NCBI RefSeq assembly: GCF_009914755.1
Contig: NC_060947.1
Length of the DNA stretch: 64,000 nucleotides
Reading direction: 5' to 3' (one strand)
Source: the human T2T-CHM13v2.0 reference genome, Homo sapiens
The position numbers and the translations under genes were made by a program. Below, piece after piece: positions 41,963 through 57,071 of the stretch. Positions within the stretch are counted from its first letter, which is position 1. Every line of letters begins with the position of its first letter. Under the pieces are notes generated by a model. It was given only the letters and a program-made list of their open reading frames with translations, was not told the DNA's origin and ran no database searches.

Positions 41963-42531
41963 TAAGAGGACTGTTTGCTGCCTTAAGCAAGGGTGTCCTC
42001 CAAGAATAGCCTATATCCTAAACAGGTTTTGTTTTGTTTTGTTTAAAATTTACGTTTAGGAAATAGTACCCTACTGATAACTTATTCAGATGGGTTCAGA
42101 GAGTAATGTTTTTGGTATGTAATTTATATTGTAGGTTGTTAGCGCATTAAACCTATGTGAATTATTTGCTCAGATCTTAAATCAACTTCCATTTGTTGGC
42201 TAGGTTTTAAATCCATAACTATTTAACTTTCATTAGACATAATTTCCATAAGGCATGCCTTTAACATAATTATTTTAAGGGGCCCACTTGTCTCCAGTTT
42301 AAAATATTTTCCCATTAGTTTCCTACTAACGATGACTACCTAGTTTTGTATGAATCGACTGCACCTGGTTGTCTCTCTGAAGTATGTACTTTGTGAAGTT
42401 CACAAATTACTACATGGGCACTTGAAGAAGACCAGCGTTGCTTCTTAATCTGTTCTTAAAGATGTATGCCACGTATTCTTGCACATACCATGGGGCCCTG
42501 CTCAGGTTTGAGAATGAAATCTTTGAAGGTT

Positions 42532-42851
42532 ATTATTATTTTTTTTTAATTTTGAGACAGGGTCTCGCTCTGTCACTCAGGCAAGAGTGCAGTGGCATGA
42601 CCACAGCTAACTGCAGCCTTTATCTCCCAGGCTCAAATGATCCTCCCACTTTAGCCTCCTGAGTAGCTGGGACCACAGATGCATGCCTCCATGCCTGGCT
42701 AACTTTTTTTTTTTTTTTTTTTTGGTCAAAAAAAAAAATGGGGGTCTCACTGTGTCACCCAAGCTGGTGTTGAACTCCTGGGCTCAAGTGATCCTTCTGG
42801 CTCAGCCTCTCCAAGTACTGGGATTACAGGCATGAGCCACTGTGTCCAGCC
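42532..42851 (-). mobile_element. AluJ
   Basis: Alu consensus with expanded linker. Confidence 0.87.
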
Positions 42852-44669
42852 GAAGGATGTATCTTAGGTCATAGCCTAAATGTTTTTCCAATACGACATA
42901 GCAAAACCTGTCATCTAACCAAGTCTTTTGAATTTAGCCATGTTCGAGCTTAGATTTTTAAAATACCCTAAGAAATATGTTTGTGTCACTTTTTGTTAAA
43001 ACTAGTCTTTTGTGTGAATATTTAGAATAAAAACGTTTTAAACTGAAAGCATGCTCAGAAAGTTTTCAACTGCTTTTTTGAAAACCATGCTTTACTATGA
43101 GAACTACTGAAATATTAGAAAGTAACTCTAATATTTTTAAAGGCAGGTGCCTTTAAAAAATATTTTACATGTATAAATTCTATTTTAATTCACCATTAAA
43201 AATTGTTAAACTCAACATTGCTGTAATCTTAAGGGTAGACCAATTTTTCATAATTCCGTAAATTGTTCAGATTTTATGTGTTTGGTAAAAGGCAGTCTAA
43301 ATACAATTGAGTTGTGTGAAAAGACACTGCCGGAGGATTTTTTCACGTGGTTTTTATCATTGGTTGTCACCTTATTATCATCTTAACAATTCAAGCTTCT
43401 GAAAGAGCAAGAATTAAACTTGATTAATTATGCCTAATTCCTTTTACTATGTTGTAAACTCCTGACAAATAATAATAAGTCTTTTAATCTGAGTTTGCTT
43501 CCTTTTTAGGTATTTCATTTTGTCTTAGAACAGGTAGAACCTGGTTGATAAACAGGCCCAGGTTGTTTTCATCAGGAGCCTAGCCAGAAAAAGAGGCCCC
43601 TGCCTCTGGTCTCTGGTAAAGACAGTGGTGTGTGGAAGGTTGCCTCTGCTTTGGGCTGGGTGCTGAGCTGGAAAGGGACTGATTGTAGCAGGAATGAAAG
43701 AATAGGATTCACATTATAATCAGTTCTGCTGAGCAGCTGAGCACTGTGAATAGTTATAACTTACTAGTTTGAATATTAAATTCTGTTTCAGATGAGAGGA
43801 AGAGTGAGTGAGTTGTTGGATGTTGATCCAGTAGAGATAACTTTTTGGTTCAGAGATGATGGTGACATCATTCACAAGGCTGGATATGGGCCAATTATAT
43901 ATAATTTCACAGCTTTTATTTTTATAGAGTAAAAGAGAAAACCCTTGAAAAGAGGCTTTCTGACCCATCTTCCTTTTCTTGAGGAGGAACCAGGTAAATG
44001 ATACCAAATGACATGCCCTTCATTCCAGTGGCCAGATATTTGGCTTTTAGAGCCCTGCCACTCTGCTAGGACACTACGTCATTTTTACTTCTTACTGTAT
44101 CTTGCATATAAATTACTACTCTATAGATTTCATTTCCCCACTCTTTTCCACTTGTTCATTTGCTTCTCAGTGATACATGGCTCTCATAGAAAATATTACT
44201 CCCGGGATCTTTGAGTTACTTTGACTAGAATTCTTGCCTGAAGGGATGACATTAACATAATAAAAAAGACCATACACATGTTTTTAAATTATCACTCCTT
44301 AAAAAGCCTTTCTGGCTACACTAATTGTTACTAAGCCTTCTCAGTGTTTGGTGATATGGCAGGTGAAATTATTTAATCTGGTCATTGCTATCTTGTTGGT
44401 TTCAAGTTTTTGCAAAAAATAGAACACAACATATACTGGATTTATATTCTTGGACACTGGATGAGATCTCAAGATTGAGATGTTGTCCTTGATTTTCCTA
44501 CTCAAAATGTTCAACAATAGGTCAAAAAGAGGTCTTGATGTTTAGAAGTAGATACATAAAATTTAAATTGTTGCCTCTCTGTTTGACCAAGCAAGTGTCT
44601 GTGATTGAGTTGCTCACAACTTTACCTGTGTCTTCTTTTTACGTGTCTTTTTATCATATCTTCTTTTAG

Positions 44670-44864
<195 letters not shown>

Positions 44865-46484
44865 TAGAACCTCACATGGTAACAGGGGCACATGTAGTCT
44901 TCCTTGTCTCTTGAGATCTCTGCTTATGGGCATGGTATTGTGTCTGGCACTTCTTTGTTTATAGTTTAGAATGTATTTTTGTGGTTGTTTGGTACTGTCT
45001 CCACTCATAGACTATGAGCTCCACATACTTGCTACTGTAACCACATGCCTGCTTCATAGTTGATACTCACTGAATACTGAGGGAAGAGAGGGAAGGCAAA
45101 AGAAAGGGTAAAGTGAAGATTTCAGGTGCCGTTACAGTCACCGAGTTTACATTGTTATAGCTTTAATTAGTGTACCTCCATTTATAAGGAGATTGATGCT
45201 ATCTTGATTATTGGTTCATCTTGTCTCTGTCGCTGAAGGTATTTTCATGTCAAATGAGAAAACATGGCTTTTTAACATGAAATTTTTAATTTTTAATATT
45301 CAATTCATTGTGAGAATCCTACTCTATAAGTTATTCTAAAAATGGACCCACTGTTATCCTCTAGGAATTGGCTGATTTCTAAGTTATCATCATCCGAGGA
45401 GGTACCAGCCAACCCTGAGACCTCAGTATTACTTTGGCTTTTTGCTATGTCACCAGATTGTCTCCGTTGCTGTGTCATTATTACTTTTGTTATCTTTTGC
45501 TTAGAAATGTATTTCATAACCAGCCCTGATTTCATTTTTAGATGACCAAGTACATAAAGAGTTACATTGCTTTTAAGGCCTTTCCTCTCTCTTCTGTGGT
45601 AAGCAAAGATGAGTGTTTTCAGAGTACTGCCTAATGTCCTGAGATGGCTCCTCACTATTTGTAAGTCAAGCCCAGGTGCCACTGGCATCTCACAAACTCT
45701 TAACTTTGGCAATTATAGACTTAACTTTCCAGCTCCCACCTATGTATCCAGCCTTATTTCTTATTCAGTCTACGCAGTGTCTCCCAAATATGGCACTGCC
45801 CATTCTGTCCCTGCTTCATGGAAGATTCTCCCCCTCTTTTTACTAAAACATCTAGCTTTAGCCATGGGCTTTGACAGCATAGGGACCCGGGTTTCAGTGC
45901 TGGTTCTGCTATTCACAAGCTTCTGAACCTTGGTCTACACCTTAGCTCCTTGAGTCATGGAATAGAGTTACTCTGAGGGAGAAATAAGATGATATGTGTG
46001 AGATGTTCAGCACAAGGTCTCGGGCAAAGGAAGGACTCCGTGAGTGGTAGCCACCTCCCACCCTTCTTTTAGGCGTCAGTAGAAATATGTTCATATTCCT
46101 TCAGTCTGTAAGATTTGTATATACTTAGTGCTCAACTACGTTTGTAGAATGAGACTGGCTTTTCCATCGGTGAATTATCAAGTCACATATTTTCTGTCCT
46201 GCACCTGTTCAGTATGTTTCTGAGCTCCTCCCTGCTACCCCCATCGTCACTACCCCGTCAATGTTTACTCTGGAAGTGGAAGCTCATTTTTAACATTTGC
46301 CTAAGCAAATATTAGGAAGATAAAATTCTACCACCAAAATTATCATATGTATTCTCCAAGATGAGTTGTATTTGATGATGTTTATAAATCCTCAGCTGGG
46401 AAGAGAGGACTGTAAAAGCAAGGTATTTTTTAGCTTCACTTTTTTCTCTGCTATACATTGAGCGTTTGCTCTGTTGGATACAGT

Positions 46485-46670
46485 GATAAGTACTTTGCAT
46501 TTGTTATCTCATTCAGTCCTTGTGACAACCTCACAAAGGTATGTTGGATTAACTCCATTTTACAGAGGAAGAAGCCAAGGTTTAGAGAGGTAACTATCTT
46601 GGTCTTGGCACATAGGTAGTAAGTAGCCGGCTGTGATTCCAAAGGTTGTGATCTTAACTACTGTGCTAAA
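46485..46670 (-). mobile_element. MIR
   Basis: ccattttacagaggaagaagccaaggtttagagagg core. Confidence 0.7.
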
Positions 46671-49601
46671 CTTGATTGCCTGTTCTTAGCTCTAAAAGGC
46701 TATGAAAGATGTTTTCAACCAGGAGCAGGGTGGCATAGATGTATAAGCATGGGGGGCTTCATGTTTTTCTTGCTCCCTCTATTTCTCACTGTACTCCCCC
46801 CCGCTCTCCACTGAAAACCTCTGAGTAAAACCATTTTTTAAAGAGTAGATCTCCGAGTTTTTCCATTTGTGTCTTCAAAAACCTGGTGTAAAACTGTTGC
46901 CCTTTTCTTCTTTGGTTTTGAATTTTTTGGTGACCCAGCACTGAGAGGAGGTAGATGGAACAAGCCTTGTCTCATGAATGACATTTAAGATAAGGACTTG
47001 CGTAGCCTTGTATGTCAGCAAAAGAGCTGAGCAATAAAGGGTGATGGAGCCTGCTTGGGTGGATTGGCCTGATGCCTGCCTGGATGTGTCAAGGCCAGAC
47101 ATACTAAGAGGGACCAGACTGATTTTGTTAGTTCCAGAAGTCATAGTTAAGATGATTTTTGTTTATAAATTGAACAGTAGCAGATTTTGACTTGACAGAT
47201 ACTTTATTATAACTGCAGCTGCTGTATCATAGGCTGCCTTATGAATTCAGTTTTCACAAATTATTTTCAAAGCCAGTAGTAGACAAGTGGGTCCCATCTT
47301 CAGAAGTTTCATGTTTTATCTCATTATTGACCAATCTCAATCTACACAGAGAACCCTCCAGACTTGCACACGGTCCCACCCATATACCCATCACTCCTGC
47401 CTCACAACCTGAAAATTCTCTAGGTGCAGCCATGGCTGTGTGGACACTCTTCTGGGCAGTCCCTTCTTGGTGCCATGTAGCCAAGTCAAGCTGATGGGAG
47501 GGAATGTGTCCTCGGCCTTGAGGGATCTGCAACTGCTCCTCACTTTTGGCTACTTTTTCTCATTTTTTTTCTTCTGCCACTTGACAGTGGTTTTTATATC
47601 GCGGATGTGTGAAGTTGTCATCATTGTGTAGTCCTCCTCTCCTGCTTGTCCTCTTCTCTCATCCTACCCTGTGCCTGCACCAGCAGTATATACACAGCCA
47701 TCTATATTAGTAACAAATCTTGTAGTCCTTTCCTTCTGCCCCCTTCCAGGAGTTTCAGCATTAATGAAGTGTAGGCCCACAAGTCCCCATCATCATGAAG
47801 ATCTGTAGAAAACATTGAAGCTCACCAGGCAGATCTCTGCAGGCATTAGCCTCCTGCTCTATTCAGGAGCTGAATTTCTTATCTGCACCCTTTATTCCTC
47901 TACCCCAAATAAAAAATTAGGGTGGCTATTCAGTAGGGGCTTCGAGGCCCCTGTTATCAGTTCTACTGTAGCCTGTGTATTTAGGAGGAGGGAGGGAGAT
48001 GGGGAAGTGGTGGCAAAGTAAGAGAAGTGTTAGGGGGTACGTGGTTTCTAAGAGGTGCAAGCTGTAGGCATAAAATTACTGTAATTTGTTTTTAAAATTC
48101 TAAATCTGTTTTCTTTATATAAAAAAACTGCAGCTAGTGAACTGACACCGTTAAATAAGTTGAAGTATACAAATGTATACATAAAATACAAGCCCTCCAA
48201 CTGCCTAATCACAGACATAAAATAATTCTCTTGCTTTTAATGTAGTTTTTATCTTTGATTAATGAAATGTATTGTAGTATTGAAACTTTAGTGAAGTTTG
48301 ATACTTTGTCCTTTTAGTTAGTACAAAGAAATCAGGAATAATGGCATAATTTCATTTAGGAAAATTATTAAGCTCATGATTTTTTATTTTTAAGACTCTT
48401 TTGTGGAGAGCAAGTATATTTTTCAACTACTTTTTTCTTTCTCTATTGCTTTTATACTACTTTCCTTGAAATGAAAGGCAAGCATCAAGTGTTGGTTTAT
48501 CCTATGGCTTCACTTTGGAAATTCTCTATTTCTCCCCATCAAGATACCTCCTGAAGTCTGTCTGGTGGCATGTTGCATGGCCAGGTGTTCCGTATGGGGA
48601 GACCATTTTAGTGAAAGGGAGAGAGGATAGCCTATTAAATGAGTGAATGAATAAGGCTCTTGAATTGAAAGAGAATAATTTGTTCTAATAACTAATGGTC
48701 CTCATTATCCCACAGTAAAATATGTATCATTTTTCTGAAACCCATGCAAGATTATTGCTATTGGGCTTAAATAAAGCAAAATTTTACTCTTTTCCATCTG
48801 TGAATAGGAAAAAATATAGTATTACTCTTCTTATACAATAGCCCTATGGGAAACATGGCCACTAAAACTTGAAACTCTTAGCTTTTGTTCTCTAGACTAT
48901 AGATTTTTCTCTCTCTCATTCTATTGAAAGCTCTCCCGTATTCTGTGGATGAAATATTCACAGTATGCTCAAACATCCAAATAGTCTTCCATACCTAGCT
49001 GACTAGGCCAGTGATGAGAATAGTCTAAAGTTCATTTTTGAATTTCATCTTTGAATAAATTTATGTTTTATGTATAACGGTACTTAGAATTATATGTAAT
49101 ATCTCTCCTCCAATGAGCAATGATTTGTACAGTAGTTATAAAGAACCTTTCTTCGGGGTCAGTGATAAAATTTCAGGCATTTGGCTATCTGGGCAGTTTT
49201 CTCATTGGTCCTGAGAAATTATTGAGGTTTGAAGAACATGAGAATTTAGAATTTAATCTCTGAAAATACTGCTTAAAAGAAGACAGAACACACTTAACCC
49301 AGTGTGTTCTGAGTTAAATTGGAAAGCAAAAATTTCCTTTTAAAAAAATGATGCATACCACTCATATCACAGAGGTTAGTTTTTGTCAGTAGACAGGGTT
49401 CAGTAATATCATCTAAGAAATAAGTGCGACAGTGGGTGAAACAGGGCCAAGCGATGTTTGGGGGTGCTTTTGACAGATCCAGGGAGATCCACCTACAAAA
49501 AAGAGAGTAAAGTACAGATGGGTAGGGGTAGAATGATGCCGCCAGTGAGTACTTCAGGTATTACTTTGTCAATAAAGAATTTTGCCTTTTTTCATTATTA
49601 A

Positions 49602-49963
<362 letters not shown>

Positions 49964-51151
49964 CCAAACTGTAAATATTTTCTATAACATAATTAATAGT
50001 AAAATTAAAAAATGTTATACCAAATGCATTGCAGAATGTTAAAGGAAATCTTATCAGCTGATAAGAGCATCTCTTACAAGATGGAGTGCCATTCCAAGCA
50101 TATCATCCAGTGGCTCATGCTCCCAGTCTAGTCTACTTTTGTATTCAATATTAATTGAAGACCTGCTGTGCCTAGCACCATAATAGGCACTGTGAAGGAT
50201 ACAAAGTTGAGTCAGTTATGGACCCTTTATTCAAATTACAGCCCAGTCATTTCGTTGATTTCACTGTTGTGGGCAAGTCTAGTGGGCAACACAGTGTATG
50301 TCCCAAAAAAGGTGAAATAAAGGGTTATCAAATTTCAAAGGAAGCAGAAACCACTCCTAGCTGGGCCCACCACGGAAGAGTTTATAAAAGTAGAGGCATT
50401 TTGAGGCATTGCTGGAATGGGCTGTGGAGAGGCTAGTGTGAAGTTGGGAATGGTTGCCCACCCTACTGCTTACCAATTCTTCTAGCCTGATGAACTGCAG
50501 GGGTAACCTGTGTTATCTCAGCCACCCCCAAAGCACTTTAGGGAATTCAAAGAGAGCCTCTTTAAGGGTTTCAGTTGAACGGTCCTGCATCTCAGTCTCA
50601 ACAAAGTGAGCACACAGTGGGTTGCTTCTGTGTCGCTAGCCCACAATAGAGGGCCAGTAGTGACACTGCTCATCTCACATAAGCAGTGAGACCTTTGAGA
50701 ACTTTGAACCAAACCAGAGCATGTTTAGAATAATTGCTTTGGAACTTTTGTATGAGTTATGTAACAACTCTGGCTTTGTAACACTTAGAGGTTTTAAAGG
50801 AAAATTGCGGATTTCTCAAATTATTTAAATTAGATCAATTTTTTAAAAAGATAAAATTGTTTTAATTAAGTACACCAAAGTGACATTTATCAAGATCGTG
50901 TAGCTTATAGAAAAATGGATAAGACCTAAAAATGGGTAAGGATAAAAAAAGCTGAATACTATACAGCATTGTACACATACACGTACACTGTATTATATAT
51001 GTGTATGAATAAAATAGAAAAGGGTTAAGGTGATGAATTATAGGTTCCCCCTTTGCTGACAAAATATTAATACTGTTATTTTATTATTAATAAGACAGTT
51101 TTTTCCAAAACCAGAAGTAAAACAATGGTTAAGCAATTACTAACTCACCTT

Positions 51152-51843
51152 CATTTATTTATTTATTTCAGATGGTTTTGGGGGAACGGTTAGTGTTTGG
51201 TTATTACATAAATAAGTTCTTTAGTGGTGATTTTTGAGATTTTGGTGCACCCAAAGCAGTGTACACTCTACCCACTGTGCAGTCTTTTATTTCTCACCCC
51301 CATCCCACCTTTCCCCCCAAGTCCTCAGAGTCCATTGTGTCATTCTTTTGCCTTTGTGTCATCATAGCTTAGCTCCCACTTATGAGTGAGAGCATACCAT
51401 GTTTGGTTTTCCATTCCTAAGTTATTTCACTTAGAATAATGGTCTTCATTTTCATCCAGATTGCTGTGAATGTCATATTTTTTTTTATGGCTGAGCAGTA
51501 TTCCATGGTGTATATATATGCCACAGTTTCTTTATCCACTCATTGTTGGGCATTTGGGCTGGTTCCATATTTTTGCAGTTGAGAATTGTGCTGCTATAAA
51601 CATGCACGTGCAAGTATCTTTTTGGTATAATGACTTGTTTTTCTCTGGGTAGATACCCACTAGTGGGATTTCTGGATCAAATGGTAATTCTACTTCTAGT
51701 TCTTTAAGGAATCTCCACACTGTTTTCCATAATGGTTGTACTAGTTTACATTCCCACCAGCAATGTAAAAGTGTTCCCTTTTTACCACATCCATACCAAC
51801 ATCTATTTTTTTTTAATTTTTTGATTATGGCCATTCTTGCAGG
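51152..51843 (-). mobile_element. L1PB-type 3' end, 5'-truncated
   Basis: ORF 51532..51834 [23 protein letters not shown]; TSD actaactcacctt at 51139-51151 and 51844-51856. Confidence 0.9.
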
Positions 51844-52047
51844 ACTAACTCACCTTTTAGAAGGTGGGTGGTTAGGGACCTTGAGCCTAGCTGTTTTTCC
51901 CCAGCATCTACCAACATAGCTGGAAGAGAAGTAGGCTGTGTTATAAGACAAGCAATCTTTGGACTATTATTTGTGTTATTTTATATTCCAAATATATTTC
52001 CAGCACAGAGTTACCATCTTTTCTCAGGTTTAAAAACAGGAAAGGAA

Positions 52048-52372
52048 GGCCAGGTACCGTGCGTGGCTCACGCCTGTAATCCCAACACTTTGGGAGGCAG
52101 GAGGATGGCTTGAGTCTAGGAGTTCAAGACCAGCCTGGGCAACATAGCAAGACCCCATCTCTACAAAAAATACCAAAATTAGCTGGGTATGGTGGTGCAT
52201 GCCTGTAGTCCCAGCTACTCAGCTGACTGAGGTGGGAGGATCACTTAAGCCAGGGAGGTCGAGGCTGCAGTGAGCTAGGTCAAGGCTGCAGTGAGCTGTG
52301 ATCGTTCCATTGCACTCCAGCCTGGGTGACAGAGCAAGACCCTGTCTCAGAAAGAAAAAAAAAAAAAAAAAA
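52048..52372 (+). mobile_element. AluJ with internal 21-bp tandem duplication
   Basis: aggtc(g/a)aggctgcagtgagct twice at 52256-52297. Confidence 0.88.
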
Positions 52373-52731
52373 GGAAGAAGACACTTGAAAAGCTTCCTGC
52401 CAAGAAATACACATCTCGTTAAGTTAAAATTTATATTTGTGTCTATTGTCAAGGGCATTAAAACCAGTTGATTGAAGTCATGAGAATGCTGCTCATCAGG
52501 CTTTTTATTCTGTCAAGATTTTGAGAATTATCTTCTCCAGGAAAATAAAAATCTTGGGTATTCATTTAAACCAAAGGCTCGGCTATTATTTCTTCTAAAA
52601 TACTCAGAAATTTTCCATTTATATTATGAAGAGGTGTATTGTTGGTGTGAAAGACAGTTTTGGTTGTCTGACACTTATACAGTAAATTGTTTATCTTTAA
52701 ATTGGATCTGTAGTATTTTAAAAACTTGTTG

Positions 52732-53043
52732 GGCTGGGCATGGTGGCTCACGCCTGTAATCCTAGCACTATGGGAGGCCAAGGCGGGTGGATTACTTGAG
52801 ATCAGGAGTTCGAGACAAGCCTGGCCAACAGAACAGGGTGAAACCCCATTTCTACTAAAAATACAAAAGAATTAGCCAGGCGTGGTGGCGGGCACCTGTA
52901 ATTCAGCTGCTCAGGAGGCTGAGGCAGGAGAATCTCTTGAACCTGGGAGGCGAGGTTGCAGTGAGCCGAGATTGCGCCAGTGTCCTCCAGCCTGGGCAAC
53001 AGAGCGAGACTCCGCCTCAAAACAAAGCAAACAAACAAAAAAA
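52732..53043 (+). mobile_element. AluS
   Basis: Full Alu; aacttgtt on both flanks. Confidence 0.9.
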
Positions 53044-53271
53044 TACAACTTGTTATTATGGAAAAATGTATATTATATATATATATATGGTAGTAGAGAA
53101 TATAAAATTTTTTCTAGTATCACACATATTAAATTATAGGGTAAGATTAAACCCTCATATACTCATCACCCACCTTCAGTATTCTGCACTGGTGGCCAAT
53201 CTTATTATTCCTCTTTCCCACCTTCCCCTATTATTTTGAAGTATATCCTATATATTTATTTTGTGTGTTAA

Positions 53272-53593
<322 letters not shown>

Positions 53594-54139
53594 CATTTTG
53601 CATTTCTAAAAGAAAAGATTCCCCTTTTCAGCATAACTACATTATTATCACATCACACCAAAAAACCTCACAATTCCTTCATTTCATCTAATTTCCAACA
53701 AGTGTTTATATTTCCGTGATTGCACTATGAATACACTTTTTTTAAAAAGCTCCTTGTTTGGATTGGAATCCAGTCAGGGTCAACTTGGTAGTTAATTTCT
53801 ATTTTTTTTTTTCCTTTGTTGATCCTCCCAGTTTGTTAATTAAAGAAACTGGGCTTTTTGTCCTATAGAATTTTTCTCATTCTGGAGTTTACTGATCACA
53901 TCCTGGTGGTATCTTTTAACATGTTCCTCTGTCTCCTATGTTTCCTATAAATAGTTAGATCTAAAGATGTGATTATATTTAGGCTCAATTTATTTTATTT
54001 TATATTTTCTAAAATATAAAATACACACTTCTTCCTAGGCAATGGGGTTTATGTCTATTTGAGTTTCAATGCATTTTGCAACAAATTCATAGATGTTTCA
54101 TAAGAAATATTTAGAATGCAATTTTCTCACCTTTCCAAG

Positions 54140-55810
54140 TGTGAATTTTTCATAGTATAACATGCATACAGAAAAGTACACAAAACCTAACTAAACTGCT
54201 TGATAAATTTTCACAAGGTCATCATGCACTAGTGTAGTCATTACTGAGCTCAAGAAACAGTACATTACTACATTCCCAGAAGGCCCCTCATGTCTCCTAG
54301 AAATGATCCTCTACATACCTGGCATCTAATAACATAGATGAGGTGGATTTTTGGGGATATTACACAAATTGCGTCTTTGTTCTTTGTGTCTAGACTACTT
54401 TTACTGAATATTGTTTGTGAGATTCATCCATGTGGTTGTCCTTCCTTTCTGTAAATTCTATATAATATTTCATTGTCTGAATATACCACACTGTATGGCT
54501 ATCTACTGGAGGTACACCTATGAGTTGTTTCCACATTTGAGGTATTTTGAATAGTGCTGCTTTGAGAGTTGTTGTACAGGTCCTCTGTCAAACGTAAGCA
54601 TGTATTTTTCTTGGGGATGTACTAAGGAGAATTGCTAGGCCATCAGGGACATGTATGTTTACTTTTAGTAGATTCTGCCAGTTTTCCAAAGCGGTTCTAC
54701 TCGTTTACACTTCCTACTAGCAGTGTTTGGGTGCTCCACATTCTTACCAACACTTGGTAAGATAGTGTTTTCCATCTTCATTTTACATGGTGGCATAGAG
54801 TTGTGGTTTTAATTTGTATTTCTTTGATGACTAATGAAGTTGAACACCTTTTCACATGCTTCTTGGCCATTGGAGTATTTCCTTTCGTGAGGTGCCTGTT
54901 CAAGTCTTTGTCTGTTGTCCTGTTGGCTTTTCTTTTTCTTATTGATTTGCAGGCATTTCCTATGTGTTCTAATTACGAGTCTTTTGGAAGTATATATTAC
55001 AGTTTGAGTATCCGTTATCTGAAATGCTTACGACCAGAAGTGTTTGGGATTTTTTCGGATTTTGTAATATTTGCATATAGATAATTAGCTATCTTAGAGA
55101 TGAGACCCAAGCCTAAACATGAAGTTCATTTATGTTTTATATACATCTTATACACGTAGCCTGAAGGCAGTTTTATACAATATTTTAAAAAATTTTGTGC
55201 CTGAAACAAAGTTTTGACTGCAACTCATCACATGAGGTCAGGTGTGGAATTTTTCACTCGTGGTATCATGTTGGCACTCAAAACGTTTCAAATTTTGGAG
55301 GATTTCAGATTTTTGGATTAGGGATGTTCAACCTACACAAACATCTTTTCCTATTTGGCATGCTTTTTAAGAGTATAATTCACATAATTTACCATAAAAT
55401 GCTAAAATCTTGAGTATTATACAATCAGTTATCTAGGCACAGACACAGAACATTTTCATCACTCCAGAATGTTCCCTCGTGCCTCTTCCCAGTCAGCACC
55501 TCTGTTATAGTAGCAATCGCTCATCTGAAATCTATCAGTATAAGTTAGTTTTGCCTATTCAAGATTTTCGTATAAATGGTTTCCTACAGTATATACTCTT
55601 TTTGTGTGCAACTTCTTTCACTTAGCATGGTATTTTTGAGATTCATCTGTCTTGTTGCATGTAGCAGTATTCACTCTTTCATTGCTGAGTAGTATTAGCT
55701 GAGTAGTATTATGGTAGATTATACCAGTTAATCCATTCACTTGTTGATGGACATCTAGAGTGTTTCCATTTTTGGCTATTATGAATAAAGCTGCTATGAG
55801 CATTCTGTGG
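54140..55810 (-). mobile_element. Old L1M(E/C) fragments, with a Tigger4 element among them
   Basis: gagattcatccatgt..., gtggttttaatttgtatttctttgatgactaatgaagttgaacaccttttc; boundaries approximate. Confidence 0.65.
55000..55335. mobile_element. Tigger4 (Zombi/MER46) MITE
   Basis: Terminal inverted repeats cagtttgagtatcc / ggatgttcaacct after TA. Confidence 0.8.
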
Positions 55811-57055
55811 ATATAGCATTCACCATTTGAAAATTATTTTTTTCTTTAATCATACTAAATTTTCAGTTCGCATATTGTCCTCTAAGATGTCCAGATATAT
55901 GAAAGCCTGGACTCATGCAAAAGATAAATGGTTTACTTCCTCTAAGAAATTTTTACAAAAAAATTTCACTCAATGGGATTCTGTTAATTAGCTTCCCTCA
56001 TAGATTAAATGATCCATATTACAAACAACTGCTTGTAAATACCAGTTACTCCCTTTACTCATTTGGAATTTCATTTATGTGGATTTTCCCTCTTCCCCAC
56101 TTGCATGAACATATGTAAGGGTTTTACTGTAGTTATTTGCTGTTGCACTAATAGAGACCTTGTCTTTTGAAGGAAGGAAAGTATTTGATTAAATGTATCA
56201 GCCTCTCTAATAACAATATGTCTCAAGTTATGAACAGTTTAAAAACTCCTTGGGAGTGGGGGCAGGTGAACATTCTAAAAACAGGCATAATTTACAATGG
56301 TTAGAAAGTGCAATGGTAGAAAAATAATTTTGTGCTAAATGTCACACTGGGGGTGTGTGTGATAAGGCTATGGTGACTTAAGTAAAGACAGTACTGCTAA
56401 ACTCATACACCCTGATGCCTATGATGTTACTTTCTATAAATACTTCTTGAAACATGAGAGTTTTGATCCTGTTGCCAAAATAATGTGAGATCCTAGAAAT
56501 TTTCTAATTATAAATGACAGTATTTTAATTTCATTCCACTGCCTCTTTTGTACCCTCAACCCCAGCACAAATGAGTCCATCACTACAAGCCACATAATTG
56601 AATTAAAGCATACATCATCTCAGCCTATTCTGGGGGGAAACCACGGCTGCTCTTCCTCCAGATAACTAGTTTTGCAAAGCCCAGGCAGGCTGCTTCTTCC
56701 TTCATTCTGTGCCTCACCAAAAGACTTAAGTCACCTGTCAAGAGCTAGCCTAAAAGAAATGGAAGTTACTTTTCTCAAATGGGGCATAAAGTTTGTTCCT
56801 TTAAGCCAGTTCAGAGAAAGCTTTCAGTAGAAGCAATAAGGAATTTGGGATTCAGTTTTGCATTTCTTGCTCAAAGACTAATGTACGCAGTGTAACATTA
56901 ATTATACGGTGTAGATGCATGTAGGGCAAGTGCAGTAATAAAGATTTTGCTTTAATGTCATTTTTGACAGAAGTGTTTAATTTTGGAGTGACAACAATTA
57001 AAAATGGAATTATATGTAGCTGCTGTTTTGCACATTTTAAAATTCAGAATCTCTA

Positions 57056-57071
57056 CCTGTAGGTGGCAGCA
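57056..57071 (+). promoter_or_regulatory. CTCF-like motif CCTGTAGGTGGCAGCA
   Basis: One mismatch to core CCASYAGRKGGCRS; binding not shown. Confidence 0.5.

Noticed and set aside
45305-45926. 135-aa and 105-aa ORFs
   Set aside because: No recognisable domain, no place in the POLA1 reading frame, partly overlapping decayed repeat-like sequence
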